Assembly (NCBI GenBank): GCA_964291415.2
Contig: OZ219917.1
Span: forward strand, 640,001 to 704,000
Length of the DNA stretch: 64,000 nt
Source of the DNA: Alphaproteobacteria bacterium
Lineage (GTDB): Bacteria; Pseudomonadota; Alphaproteobacteria; SP197
Direction of reading: 5' to 3'
In this document: positions 37,803 through 48,046 of the stretch, one piece after another
How the letters are laid out: the number at the start of each line of letters is the position of its first letter
Position numbering within the stretch: position 1 is the stretch's first letter
Made by a program: the position numbers and the translations under genes
The notes under the pieces: model-generated
Seen by the model: the letters and a program-made list of their open reading frames with translations, nothing else
Told to the model about the DNA's origin: nothing
The model's database searches: none

Positions 37803-38972
37803 GTGAAGATCACCGACATCGCGTGTCACGTTCTGGTCGCCGACGACGTCGACCCGGGTCTGACGTCCTCGGCCCAGGACAGCCTGCTTGTCGTCGTTAC
37901 CACTGACGAGGGCCTCGAGGGTTACGGCGAAAGCGATCTCAACCCGTGGATCGGACGTGCCTGCATTGAAGCTTCCGGCACGCACACCATGGGTCTCGGC
38001 ATGGCGGAATTGCTGAAGGGCAGGGACCCTCGCGACGTCGAGGCGCTCTGGGATCACGTCTACACGATGACGGCGATGAACGGACGCCGTGGAGCGGTGA
38101 TCCACGCCCTCGGCGCTGTCGAGATGGCACTCCGGGATCTTGCCGGAAAGATCGCGGGTGAGCCGTTGTGGAAGCTACTCGGTGAACCTCGCCCGACCCC
38201 GCTTGTTCCCTATGCATCCCTGCAGCCGGCCGGCAGCTGTTTCGAGGCCTACCGTGATGCGCTCTGCAAGTCGGCCGAGAATGCGAAGAAGCTCGGCTTC
38301 AAGGCCGTCAAGGCCGAGTGCACCATGGCCGGTCCCTACGCTCACGACGGCATGAACGAGAGCTACGATCGCCATACGGAGGTTGTGGCGGCGGTGCGCC
38401 GGACACTTGGACCAGACATGACGCTGATGGTGGACGTGCAGTACCTGTGGCGCGATGCCGAGACGGCATGGTCGGTCCTGCGTGACTGGGAAGAATTCGA
38501 CCTCTACTTTGTCGAGACGCCGATCTGGCCTGACTTCCTCGACGAACACGCCAGGCTGGCGGCCCGGGCGCCCTTCCGGATCGCCTCGGGGGAATGGCTG
38601 TCGACCCGCTGGGAGTTCGAGGATCTGATCGAGCGCGGCCGGATCGGTGTCGTCCAGCCGGACGTCGGGCGCGTGGGCGGCGTGGGAGAGGCGCGTGCGG
38701 TATGCGCGATGGCGGCAGAAAGGAACCTTCCGGTAGTCCCGCACTGCTGGAAGACGGGTGTGTCGCTGTCCGCCACCGCCCATCTCGCCTTTGCAACCCC
38801 CGGGATCGCATTCATCGAATATCTTCCCCCGCAGCTGTGCATCGAGAAGCTCCGTCGTGAACTCGCGGTGGAGGATCTCGTTCTGGAGAACGGCGAAATC
38901 CTTCGTCCCACACGGCCGGGACTCGGGGTGGAGGTCAACTGGGACGCCGTGCGCGCCTATGGTCGTCCCTGA
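37803..38972 (+). CDS. Mandelate racemase/enolase superfamily enzyme (acid-sugar dehydratase-like)
   Basis: TDEGLEGYGE, EMALRDLAGK, LMVD, FVETP, SGEW, QPDVGRVGG, PHCW, PGLGVE. Confidence 0.88.
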   Translation: MKITDIACHVLVADDVDPGLTSSAQDSLLVVVTTDEGLEGYGESDLNPWIGRACIEASGTHTMGLGMAELLKGRDPRDVEALWDHVYTMTAMNGRRGAVIHALGAVEMALRDLAGKIAGEPLWKLLGEPRPTPLVPYASLQPAGSCFEAYRDALCKSAENAKKLGFKAVKAECTMAGPYAHDGMNESYDRHTEVVAAVRRTLGPDMTLMVDVQYLWRDAETAWSVLRDWEEFDLYFVETPIWPDFLDEHARLAARAPFRIASGEWLSTRWEFEDLIERGRIGVVQPDVGRVGGVGEARAVCAMAAERNLPVVPHCWKTGVSLSATAHLAFATPGIAFIEYLPPQLCIEKLRRELAVEDLVLENGEILRPTRPGLGVEVNWDAVRAYGRP

Positions 38973-38991
38973 CGCCGACAGCAGGTACGAG

Positions 38992-40083
38992 ATGGCAGGC
39001 GACAGGACGCCGCTTCTGCGAATCCGCGGACTGGGTGTCCGCTTTCAGGACTTCGAGGCCATTCGTCCTCTCGACCTTGACGTCCTGAACGGTGAGTTCC
39101 TGACCGTGCTCGGCCCCTCGGGGTCGGGGAAGACCACGCTGCTGCGCACGATTGCCGGATTTCAGCAGCCCACGTCCGGACGCATCGAGTTCGACGGGCG
39201 CGACATCGCCGACCTGCCGATCAACCGCCGTCCCTTCAACACCGTTTTCCAGGACTATGCGCTCTTCCCCCACATGACAGTGCAGGAAAACGTCGCGTTC
39301 GGCCTGCGGGTGCGAGGTGTTGCCCGGGCGACGCGCGATGCGCGGGTCAGGGACGCACTCGGTATTGTCGAACTCGATGATCTCGGCAATCGCTATCCGG
39401 CACAACTGAGTGGCGGACAGCAGCAGAGAACCGCGCTCGCACGCGCCATGATCTGCGAACCGCGTCTCATCCTGCTCGACGAGCCGCTCGCCGCCCTCGA
39501 TGCGACATTGCGGCGCCAGATGCAGAAATTCCTGAAAGTCGTGCAGCGGCGCAGCGGCATCACCTTCGTCTTCGTCACTCACGATCAGTCCGAAGCCATC
39601 ACAGTGTCTGATCGCATCTGCGTGATGCGGTCCGGACGCATCGAGCAGATCGGCACGCCCAGAGATCTCTACTATCGGCCGGGCAGCCGCTTCGTTGCCG
39701 CGTTTTTCGGGGCGAGCAACATTCTCGAGCCGTGCCGCATCGAAAGCGCCGGGGAGGCCACGACAACGGTCTCGACCCCCTTCGGCACGATGAGAGTCGA
39801 TGGTCCTCCACCACGGGCACGGGAAGGGCTCGTGCTGGCGGTGCGCCCGGAAGCTCTCGTTCCGGCCGCCGACGATACTTGCAACCGGATCGAGTGCGAG
39901 GTGGTCTCGGTTTCGTTCGTCGGCTCGGAAACAATCACCGAACTGAAGCACCCTCGGGCGCGTCATGTCCTGACGATGAAGACACGCAGCAATCCCACGG
40001 CTCGACATCCCGTTGTCGGTTCCCGCCTCGAAGTCGGTTTCGATGCCGCCGCGTGCGCGCTGGTCAAGGGGGCACAGGAGTGA
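38992..40083 (+). CDS. PotA-like ABC ATPase
   Basis: GPSGSGKTT, NTVFQDYALFPH, LSGGQQQR, LLDEPL; start could be 38959. Confidence 0.93.
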   Translation: MAGDRTPLLRIRGLGVRFQDFEAIRPLDLDVLNGEFLTVLGPSGSGKTTLLRTIAGFQQPTSGRIEFDGRDIADLPINRRPFNTVFQDYALFPHMTVQENVAFGLRVRGVARATRDARVRDALGIVELDDLGNRYPAQLSGGQQQRTALARAMICEPRLILLDEPLAALDATLRRQMQKFLKVVQRRSGITFVFVTHDQSEAITVSDRICVMRSGRIEQIGTPRDLYYRPGSRFVAAFFGASNILEPCRIESAGEATTTVSTPFGTMRVDGPPPRAREGLVLAVRPEALVPAADDTCNRIECEVVSVSFVGSETITELKHPRARHVLTMKTRSNPTARHPVVGSRLEVGFDAAACALVKGAQE

Positions 40084-40931
40084 CACGAGAGCGCATGACC
40101 GGGTATGTGCCGGGCGCAACCGTGCTCTGGGCCATCTGCATCCTCTTCATCCTGGTCCCGCTTGCGAGTTTCCTCGCCTACGGCTTTCTGCCGGTGGTGG
40201 ACAACGCCGTGGTCTATGAGCCGACGCTCGACAATTTCGTCAACATTGTCTCCAACGCCTCCTATCGGACCACTTTCCTGCGCACGATGCAGCTGGCTCT
40301 CGAGGTTTCGGTCTTCAACTTTGTGCTCGGCTACGCGACGGCGTACTTCATCTGGCGACGCCCGCCTGCCTGGCGGAACGCCCTTGTCATCGCTCTCGCA
40401 ATCCCGCTTCTGATGAGCTACATCATCAAGATCTATGCGATGCGCGGCGTGCTCGGAACCAACGGTCTTCTGAACAGCGCATTGCTTGCGCTCGGCCTGG
40501 TCGACGAGCCGGTGAGCGCCTTGCTCTTCAACCTTACAGCCGTGCGGATCACGCTCAGCGTCGTTCTCCTGCCCTTCATGGTGTTGCCGATCTGCGTGGC
40601 GCTGGAGCGCATCGCTCCCCAGGTCCTGCAGGCCGCGGCCGATCTTGGCGCCAGTGAGATCCAGACATTCCGCTGGGTCATCATGCCGCTCAGCCTTCCG
40701 GGCGCCATCGTGGGGGCGATGTTCACCTTTGTTCTCGCCAGCGGCGACTTCCTGGCGCCGGAACTCGTGGGCGGGATCGAAGGGTTCACATACGGAAGGC
40801 TGGTGTTCAGCCAGTTCGGGCTGGCCTTCAACTGGCCGCTGGGGGCCGCACTGTCGGTCCTCTTGCTGGTGGTCGCGCTGGCGGTGATTTCCGTCGCGCG
40901 CCGTCTCTCGAACCCGCGCTGGCAATCATGA
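40080..40931 (+). CDS. PotB-like ABC permease
   Basis: LPFMVLPI, AAADLGAS, NWPLGAALS; GTG start overlapping upstream stop. Confidence 0.9.
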   Translation: MTRERMTGYVPGATVLWAICILFILVPLASFLAYGFLPVVDNAVVYEPTLDNFVNIVSNASYRTTFLRTMQLALEVSVFNFVLGYATAYFIWRRPPAWRNALVIALAIPLLMSYIIKIYAMRGVLGTNGLLNSALLALGLVDEPVSALLFNLTAVRITLSVVLLPFMVLPICVALERIAPQVLQAAADLGASEIQTFRWVIMPLSLPGAIVGAMFTFVLASGDFLAPELVGGIEGFTYGRLVFSQFGLAFNWPLGAALSVLLLVVALAVISVARRLSNPRWQS

Positions 40932-41749
40932 TGCGCAATCGGTTCATTGACGTCCCCCTCGCTGCGGTCGCGGTGCTGGTTTACGTGTCGCTCTATCTGC
41001 CGATCCTGCTCGTCTTCCTTCTTTCCTTCTTCTCGATGAGGCGCGGCAAGGTGAACTGGGATTCCTTTTCCCTGTCGTGGTACGCGAAGCTCTTCGAGAA
41101 CGACGCACTTGGCGGGGCCCTGTGGAACTCGCTCCTTGTCGGAAGCCTCGCGGTGATGGCGGCCGCCTGCTTCGCGACGTCCGCGGCGATCCTCGTCAGG
41201 TCCCGGCCCGACAGGCATTCGGCGCGATTGCTCGAATACGTGATTTTCCTGCCCTTCCTGCTGCCACCCATCATCACGGGCCTCTCGCTGCTCATCTATT
41301 TCCGGGAAGCGGGCGTTGGCCGTGGCATTTTCACGATCACGGTCGGCCACACCCTCTTCGTTTCGGCTATCATTTATCGCATCGTGCTGACACGCCTGAA
41401 CGCCCTCAGCCGAAACCTCGTGGAGGCTGCCCTGGACCTGGGTGCCACCCGCTTGCAGACCTTTCGCTTCATCATACTGCCGAACCTGCGCATGCCGCTC
41501 CTGACCGGCGGGCTGCTCGCCTTTGCCCTGTCCTTCGACGAGACGATGATCACCCTGTTTGTCAGTGGAACGGACGCCACCTTGCCGGTGCGTCTCTATG
41601 CGATGATGCGGGTCGGCTTCACCCCGACGATCAACGCCTTGGTCACTCTCATACTCGGGTTTTCGATTCTCCTGACCGTCGCGGTGGCCCTGGCGTGGCG
41701 TCGGAACGCCGGACCCGCAGGGACGACTTCTCGTGAAAGGAGAACGTGA
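40928..41749 (+). CDS. PotC-like ABC permease
   Basis: FSLSWY, EAALDLGA, FALSFDE, TLPV, PTINA. Confidence 0.92.
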   Translation: MMRNRFIDVPLAAVAVLVYVSLYLPILLVFLLSFFSMRRGKVNWDSFSLSWYAKLFENDALGGALWNSLLVGSLAVMAAACFATSAAILVRSRPDRHSARLLEYVIFLPFLLPPIITGLSLLIYFREAGVGRGIFTITVGHTLFVSAIIYRIVLTRLNALSRNLVEAALDLGATRLQTFRFIILPNLRMPLLTGGLLAFALSFDETMITLFVSGTDATLPVRLYAMMRVGFTPTINALVTLILGFSILLTVAVALAWRRNAGPAGTTSRERRT

Positions 41750-41750
41750 C

Positions 41751-42527
41751 ATGAAACGCTTCGAGGATGAGGTGGCGCTCGTCACCGGCGCCGCGCGGGG
41801 CATCGGTCTTGCGATTGCAACACGTCTGCTGGCGGAGGGCGGACATGTCATCCTCGCCGACATCGATGGTGACGAGGCGCAACGGGCCGTCGATCGGTTG
41901 CCGGCCGACGATGTGGCCCGAGCGACCTCCGTCACCCTGGACATCACCGATCAGGCCGCCTGCCAGCGTACCATCGACGGCATCAGCGAGGAGCACGGGC
42001 ATCTCGACGTGCTCGTCAACAATGCCGCGATCCTCGATATCAGCCCGATCGGGGACCTGACGATCGAGCATTTCCGCAAGGTGACGCGAACCAATCTCGA
42101 CGGTGCGCTGGTCTGCACGCTTGCCGCCCTGCCTCTGATGGAGCGAAGCGGCGGACGCATTCTGATGACGGCGAGCATCATGGGCCTATTCGGCTCCCCG
42201 GACTCACTTCCCTACAGCAGCGCCAAGGGAGGAATCGTGAACATGGTCCGTGCGCTTGCATGCGATCTGGCACCACGGGGGATGACCGTGAATGCCATCG
42301 CCCCGGGTTTCATCGACACCCGCATGGCCCGTCTCCCCGACGGCAGCCACGAACACGATACCGAGTACTTCAAGACGGTGTATCTGGAGTACCGCAAGAT
42401 CCCGCTCGGCCGGACCGGCTGTCCGGAAGACCTCGCCGGGCCGGCGGCCTTTCTCGTCTCGTCCGACGCCGCCTACATCACCGGCCAGGTCCTCGTGGTG
42501 GATGGCGGCGTCACCGCCACCTTCTGA
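41751..42527 (+). CDS. SDR family oxidoreductase, copy 1
   Basis: TGAARGIG, VNNAA, YSSAK, NAIAPG, ITGQVLVVDGG. Confidence 0.93.
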   Translation: MKRFEDEVALVTGAARGIGLAIATRLLAEGGHVILADIDGDEAQRAVDRLPADDVARATSVTLDITDQAACQRTIDGISEEHGHLDVLVNNAAILDISPIGDLTIEHFRKVTRTNLDGALVCTLAALPLMERSGGRILMTASIMGLFGSPDSLPYSSAKGGIVNMVRALACDLAPRGMTVNAIAPGFIDTRMARLPDGSHEHDTEYFKTVYLEYRKIPLGRTGCPEDLAGPAAFLVSSDAAYITGQVLVVDGGVTATF

Positions 42528-42659
42528 CACCGGCGCAATGCAAGGACGGCCCTGCTGCGCAAGGTGACGTCGATCACCCGACCGGGGCAGCCTGATTTCC
42601 TGGCACGTTCGTTCGCGATCTAGGCGAAGGCCCCGCCCACAACGGAGTTCTACCGAATT

Positions 42660-42855
42660 CAGGCCGCTGGCGGCATGTTTTCGCAGGGGGAGGAAGATGA
42701 CAAAGCGTTCGCGAATGGCAGCATCGGTGGCTTCCCGAATGTCAGCCGGACAATGCGAGGCGAGAAGCGTGTCCTTGCGTCCGATTGCCTTCGACACGAG
42801 ATCGCGACAGTCGTTCTCCAGCCATTCCTTCGGGCTTGATCGGTCGCCGACCGGT
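42660..42855 (-). pseudogene. Decayed copy of the mttB 3' end
   Basis: Aligns to about 44002-44195 (GDRSSPKEWLEND, SKAIGRKDTLL, EATDAAIRER). Confidence 0.85.
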
Positions 42856-42869
42856 CATAACGACTGTGC

Positions 42870-43090
42870 CGCGGCGGGTTTCCTCTGCTGGCGAAACGTC
42901 CTCGTCATGGCTCTCGCGATCTCGGTTCCGATGAGCTACATCGGCAGGACACAATCGATGCGCGGCGTGTCTGGACCGGGGGTCTGCTGAACCGCGTGCT
43001 GTTATGCACCGCGGCAGGGTCCGTTCTCCAGCCCTGGCGAGAACACCGCCATCTTGGGGCGGGAGGACAACCTCTCAGGAAGGGGGAATG
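42870..43090 (+). pseudogene. Decayed fragments of the PotB-like and PotC-like permeases
   Basis: tggcgaaacgtcctcgtcatggctctcgcgatc..gatgagctacatc..cgatgcgcggcgtg matches about 40370-40450; last 40 bp resemble the PotC 3' end and SDR RBS. Confidence 0.7.
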
Positions 43091-43094
43091 TGAC

Positions 43095-43871
43095 ATGAAG
43101 CGCTTCGAGGATGAGGTGGCGCTCGTCACTGGCGCGGCGCGAGGCATCGGCCTTGCCATTGCGGCACGCCTGCTGACAGAGGGCGCATACGTCTTCCTCG
43201 CCGACATTGATGGTGACGAGGCGGAACGGGCTATTGACCGGTTGCCGGCCAACGATGTGACCCGCGCGAGCGCCGTCACTCTGGACATCACCGATCCGAT
43301 CGCCTGCCAGCGTACCATCGACGGCATCAGTGAGGAGCACGGGCGTCTTGACGTGCTCGTCAACAATGCCGCGATCCTCGACATCAGCCCGATCGGGGGG
43401 CTGACGATCGACCGTTTTCGCGAGGTCATGCGAGTCAATTTCGACGGCGCGCTGGTGTGCTCGCTCGCCGCCCTGCCGCTCATGGAGCGAGGCGGAGGAC
43501 GCATTCTGATGACGGCGAGCATCATGGGCCTGTCCGGCTCCCCTGATTCCCTTCCCTACAGCAGCGCCAAGGGAGGACTCGTGAACATGGTTCGTGCACT
43601 TGCCTGCGATCTGGCGCCCCGGGGGATCACAGTGAACGCCATCGCCCCGGGCTTCATCGATACTCGCATGGCCCTCCGCTCCGACGGCGGCAACGCGCAC
43701 GATACCGAGTACTTCAAGGTGGTGTATCTGGAACACCGCAAGATCCCGCTCGGCCGGGCTGGCTGTCCGGAAGACCTCGCCGGACCGGCGGCCTTTCTCG
43801 TCTCGAGCGACGCCGCCTACATCACCGGCCAGATTCTCGTGGTGGATGGCGGCGTCTCCGCCACTTTCTGA
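43095..43871 (+). CDS. SDR family oxidoreductase, copy 2
   Basis: Same length as and highly similar to 41751-42527. Confidence 0.93.
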   Translation: MKRFEDEVALVTGAARGIGLAIAARLLTEGAYVFLADIDGDEAERAIDRLPANDVTRASAVTLDITDPIACQRTIDGISEEHGRLDVLVNNAAILDISPIGGLTIDRFREVMRVNFDGALVCSLAALPLMERGGGRILMTASIMGLSGSPDSLPYSSAKGGLVNMVRALACDLAPRGITVNAIAPGFIDTRMALRSDGGNAHDTEYFKVVYLEHRKIPLGRAGCPEDLAGPAAFLVSSDAAYITGQILVVDGGVSATF

Positions 43872-44001
43872 CACCGGCGCAATGCAAGGGCGGCCCTGCC
43901 GCGAAAGAAGACGCTGATCACGAGACCAGGCAACCGGACTTCCAGCCACGATCGGTCACGATCAAGGCAGAGGTCCTGCTCACAACGGAAATCTGCCGAA
44001 T

Positions 44002-45585
44002 TCAGGCCGCAGGCAGCATGTTCTCGCGCGGAAGGAAGATGTCGTAGCGTTCGCGGATGGCGGCGTCGGTCGCTTCCGGAATGTGGGCCGGATAGTACGA
44101 GGAGAGCAGCGTGTCCTTGCGTCCGATCGCCTTCGACACGAGGTCGGGACGGTCGTTCTCCAGCCATTCCTTCGGGCTCGATCGGTCGCCGACCGTCGGG
44201 TAGACATACTCGGTCTGCATCAGCCTCAGGGTCTGGTCGGCGCCCAGATAGTGGCCGGGGCCGCCGAGGCATACCTCCTTCATCGTGTCGAGCGCCATGG
44301 TCTCGTCATTGACCTCGATGCCGCGCACGCAGCGCATGCAGGCGCCGATGACGTCGTTGTCGACGAAGAGGGCCTCGAGGCAGTGCGACAGCAGGGACGA
44401 ATGCATGCCGACGCTCTCGTAGACGAGGTTGAGCCCGGAGAGTCCGGCCATGACATTGGCAAGGCCCCGTTCGTAACCGGCCTGCATGTCCATCTCCTTG
44501 GAATCGGACATCGCGCAGGCCGATCCTCCCGGGAGATCGTAGTAGCGCGCCATCTGTCCGCAGGCAGCGGTGAGCAAACCCTGTTCCGGTGAACCGCCGG
44601 ACATGGCGCCGGTGCGCAGATCGGAGACAAAGGGCCAGGTGCCGAAGATGGCCGGATGGCCGGGGGAGAGCGCGTTGACGTAGACGAGGCCGGCCAGGCA
44701 CTCGGCCACCGCCTGCACGACCGCGCCGGCAAGGGGTGCGGGCGCGGTGGCGCCGGCCTGGCCCGCCGAGAGCAGCAGGATCGGCATGCCGCCCCGGATC
44801 ACTGTTTCCATCACCAGGCAGCTCTCGGTGGCGAACTTCATCGGCGGCACGACGAAGCAGTTCGAGTTCGAAACAAAGGGACGCTGCCGCCAGGTTTCCT
44901 CGGATCCGGCGACCATGTGGAGCATGTCGAGTCCCTCGGCGGCGTGGTCAGCCGCAGTGAAGGCCGTGCCGATATGCTTGGTGGTGCCCGAGATGCAGGC
45001 GTAGAGCGTGTTGAGGTCCATGTCGCGCGGATCGACCGTGTCGCGCGGCGTCAGGGTGCGCTGGAAGAAATGGATGTTGTCGAGAGAATCGACGATGCGT
45101 GCCGAATCATAGAGGTCCTGAACGGTCGGTTCGCGGTTCTCACGTGTCGCCGGGTCGTAGACGAAGACGGCGGCGCCGGCGGTGCCGAAGTGCACGCGGT
45201 ACCCTCCCGGACGTATGTCGTGGAGCGGATCCTGGCCATGAAGCGTGAAGTCGCGCGCCGCGATGGCGACCATGTCCTCGACAAGGGCTCGCGGGAAACG
45301 AATGCGGCCATCGTCGCCGGCGATGGCGCCGGCGCCCGTGAGAATCTCGACGCCGCTCGGAGGAGCTTCGATCAGGCCGACCTCCTCGAGGGCGGCAAGG
45401 GCCGTGTTGTTGATCTTCTCCATGTCGGCGTCGCTGAGCGGCCTGTAGGTCCCGCCCTCGAGACCGGGTCTCACCGGCCTCATGTTGTCGGGCAAGGGCG
45501 CGGCACGCGCCGCCTTGCGGGCGGCACGTCCTCCGCCGCGGCGGCTGCGCCGGGGAGAGGTGTCGGCAGATTCGCGGTCGGTCAT
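44002..45585 (-). CDS. mttB: Trimethylamine methyltransferase family protein (non-pyrrolysine MttB/MtgB-like)
   Basis: HFGTAGAA, SAGQAGATAPA, VSDLRTGAMSGGSPE, GPGHYLG; no in-frame amber. Confidence 0.9.
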   Translation of the reverse strand: MTDRESADTSPRRSRRGGGRAARKAARAAPLPDNMRPVRPGLEGGTYRPLSDADMEKINNTALAALEEVGLIEAPPSGVEILTGAGAIAGDDGRIRFPRALVEDMVAIAARDFTLHGQDPLHDIRPGGYRVHFGTAGAAVFVYDPATRENREPTVQDLYDSARIVDSLDNIHFFQRTLTPRDTVDPRDMDLNTLYACISGTTKHIGTAFTAADHAAEGLDMLHMVAGSEETWRQRPFVSNSNCFVVPPMKFATESCLVMETVIRGGMPILLLSAGQAGATAPAPLAGAVVQAVAECLAGLVYVNALSPGHPAIFGTWPFVSDLRTGAMSGGSPEQGLLTAACGQMARYYDLPGGSACAMSDSKEMDMQAGYERGLANVMAGLSGLNLVYESVGMHSSLLSHCLEALFVDNDVIGACMRCVRGIEVNDETMALDTMKEVCLGGPGHYLGADQTLRLMQTEYVYPTVGDRSSPKEWLENDRPDLVSKAIGRKDTLLSSYYPAHIPEATDAAIRERYDIFLPRENMLPAA

Positions 45586-45595
45586 GGCCTTTTTC

Positions 45596-48046
45596 CTACA
45601 TGCGCACACGCTCGGACTTGGGATCGTACATGGGTCTCAGCGAGGCGCGGGCGGCGGTTCTCGTCCCGGCGACCTCGATTTCGAAGGAAGACGCAAGGAG
45701 ACCGTCGGTCGATTCGCCTGATTCAAGGGGAACGTAGCCCATGCCGATGGCGCCGCCGAGATGGTGACCGTAGTTGCCGGATGTCAGGTAGCTGACGATG
45801 CGGCCGTCCCGCACGATCGGCTCGTTGTGGTAGAGCAGGGGTTCCGGGTCCTCGAGCATGAACTGCACCATGCGCCGTTCCAGGCCCTCGTCCTTCTTCC
45901 TGAGGACGGCGTCCCGGCCGATGAAGTCGGGCTTCTGCACACGTACGGCAAACCCCAGGCCCGCCTCGAGCACGTGATCCTCGTCCGTGATGTCGTGGCC
46001 GAAATGCCGGAAGGCTTTCTCGATGCGGCAGCTGTCGAGGACATGGAGGCCGGCGAGACGCAGATCGAAGGGCCGGCCCGCTTCCTCCAGCGTCTCGAAG
46101 ACATGGGCCGCCATCTCGGTGCTGACGTAGAGTTCCCATCCGAGTTCGCCGACGTAGCTGACCCGGTGGGCGCGGCAGATGGCGTAACCGATCTCGATTT
46201 CCCGCATGGTTCCGAAGGGGTGGTGATCGTTTGAAAGGTCTGCCGGAGAGCAGGCGTTGAGCACGTCGCGCGATCGCGGGCCCATGAGACACAGCACCGC
46301 TTCTGCGGCCGTGACGTCGGTGTAGACGACGTGTGCGTCGTCCGGCGTGTGACGCTTCAGCCAAGCGAGGTCCCGCATCAGGGTCGCCCCGGGGGTGACG
46401 ATGAGAAAGGCCGTCTCGGAGAGCCTTGTGACGGTGCAGTCGCACTCGATCCCGCCGCGGTGGTTGAGGAACTGGGTGTAGACGAGACGTCCCGTCTCGA
46501 CGTCGATCTCGTTGGCGCAGATGCGGTTCAGTACCGCCGCGGCGTCCGCGCCCTCGGCCCGGATCTTGCCGAACGACGTCATGTCGAAGAGACCGACGCC
46601 CGTTCTCACTGCAAGATGCTCGTCGTGCGCGCAGCCGAACCAGTTCTGCCGCTTCCACGTGTAGCGGTACTCGGGCTCCATGCCGTCGCGGGCGAACCAG
46701 TTGGCGCGTTCCCAGCCGGCCACGACACCGAAGCAGGCCCCGCGGGTCTTCAGGTGATCGTGGATCGGCGACCGGCGCACGCCGCGGGCGGTCTGCGGTT
46801 GGCGGTAGGGAAAGTGGTCGGCATAGAGCAGGCCGAGCGATTCGCTCACCCTGTCCCTGAGATAGGTCCGGTTTCGCTGGAAAGGCTGGACGCGGCGGAT
46901 GTCGACATCCCACAAATCGAAAGGCGGCTCGCCGTCCTCGATCCACTGTGCCAGCGCCATGCCCGCGCCGCCTGACGACACAATGCCGATGGAGTTGTAG
47001 CCGCAGGCGACGAAGTAGCCCCTCAGCTCCGGCGCTTCGCCCAGGTAGTAGCTGTTGTCCGGCGTGAAACTCTCCGGTCCGTTGAAGAACGTGTGGATGC
47101 CGGCCTCGGCCAGCATCGGCATGCGGTTGATCGCCTTTTCGAGAACCGGTTCAAAATGGGCGATATCCTCGGGCAGCTGGTCGAAACAGAAATCCTCCGG
47201 GATTCCATCCATGCCCCAGGGCTTGGCGTCCGGCTCGAAGGCGCCGAGCATCATCTTGCCCGCGTCCTCCTTGTAGTAGGCCCATTCGTCGGGCACCCGG
47301 AGAACCGGCAGCCGGCCGAGTCCTTCCACCGGCTCGGTAACGATGTAGAAGTGCTCGCAGGCATGAAGCGGGATGTTCACTCCCGAGAGGGCGCCGAGGT
47401 CGCGCGCCCACATGCCGGCGCAGTTCACCACGACATCGCTGGCGATGGTTCCCCTGGCGCCGTCGGATTCCCATGAGACCCCGGTCACCCGTCCGTCTGC
47501 CCGGTGCACATCCGTGACCTTGACGCCTTCGGCAATCTTCACGCCACGCTGACGGGCGCCCGCGGCCAGGGCGAGGGCGATGTTGGCAGGGTCGCACTGA
47601 CCGTCATGGGGGAGGTGGACGGCGCCCACGACATCCTTGACGTTGAGCCACGGATAGAGATCACCTGCTTCGCCGGGCGAGATCTCGTTGACCTCGATGC
47701 CGAAGGCACGGGCCAGCGAGGCCGTGCGGGTGATCTCCTCGAGCCGCTCGCTGGTGAGAGCCACGGTGATGGAGCCGTTCTGGCGCATGCCGGTGGCGAC
47801 ACCGGTCTCCTCCTCGAGCCTGACGTAGAGGTCCGCCGAGTACTTCGCCAGCCGTGTCATGTTCTGTCCCGACCGCAACTGTCCGACCAGGCCGGCAGCA
47901 TGCCACGTGGTGCCTGAAGTCAGCTGCTGTCTTTCGAGGAGAACAACGTCCTGCCAGCCGAGTTTGGCGAGATGATAGGCGACTGACGAACCCGACACGC
48001 CTCCACCGACGATGACGGCGCGGGCCTTGCTTGGAAGATCCGTCAT
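45596..48046 (-). CDS. GcvT-family FAD-dependent dehydrogenase (sarcosine/dimethylglycine dehydrogenase-like)
   Basis: IVGGGVSG, SGTTWHAAG, FFNGPESFTPD, GWERANWF, VSYVGELGWE, PMYDP. Confidence 0.92.
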   Translation of the reverse strand: MTDLPSKARAVIVGGGVSGSSVAYHLAKLGWQDVVLLERQQLTSGTTWHAAGLVGQLRSGQNMTRLAKYSADLYVRLEEETGVATGMRQNGSITVALTSERLEEITRTASLARAFGIEVNEISPGEAGDLYPWLNVKDVVGAVHLPHDGQCDPANIALALAAGARQRGVKIAEGVKVTDVHRADGRVTGVSWESDGARGTIASDVVVNCAGMWARDLGALSGVNIPLHACEHFYIVTEPVEGLGRLPVLRVPDEWAYYKEDAGKMMLGAFEPDAKPWGMDGIPEDFCFDQLPEDIAHFEPVLEKAINRMPMLAEAGIHTFFNGPESFTPDNSYYLGEAPELRGYFVACGYNSIGIVSSGGAGMALAQWIEDGEPPFDLWDVDIRRVQPFQRNRTYLRDRVSESLGLLYADHFPYRQPQTARGVRRSPIHDHLKTRGACFGVVAGWERANWFARDGMEPEYRYTWKRQNWFGCAHDEHLAVRTGVGLFDMTSFGKIRAEGADAAAVLNRICANEIDVETGRLVYTQFLNHRGGIECDCTVTRLSETAFLIVTPGATLMRDLAWLKRHTPDDAHVVYTDVTAAEAVLCLMGPRSRDVLNACSPADLSNDHHPFGTMREIEIGYAICRAHRVSYVGELGWELYVSTEMAAHVFETLEEAGRPFDLRLAGLHVLDSCRIEKAFRHFGHDITDEDHVLEAGLGFAVRVQKPDFIGRDAVLRKKDEGLERRMVQFMLEDPEPLLYHNEPIVRDGRIVSYLTSGNYGHHLGGAIGMGYVPLESGESTDGLLASSFEIEVAGTRTAARASLRPMYDPKSERVRM

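Noticed and set aside
44002-45585. Possible pyrrolysine recoding in mttB
   Set aside because: The ORF is continuous with no in-frame TAG, and no pyl genes are present
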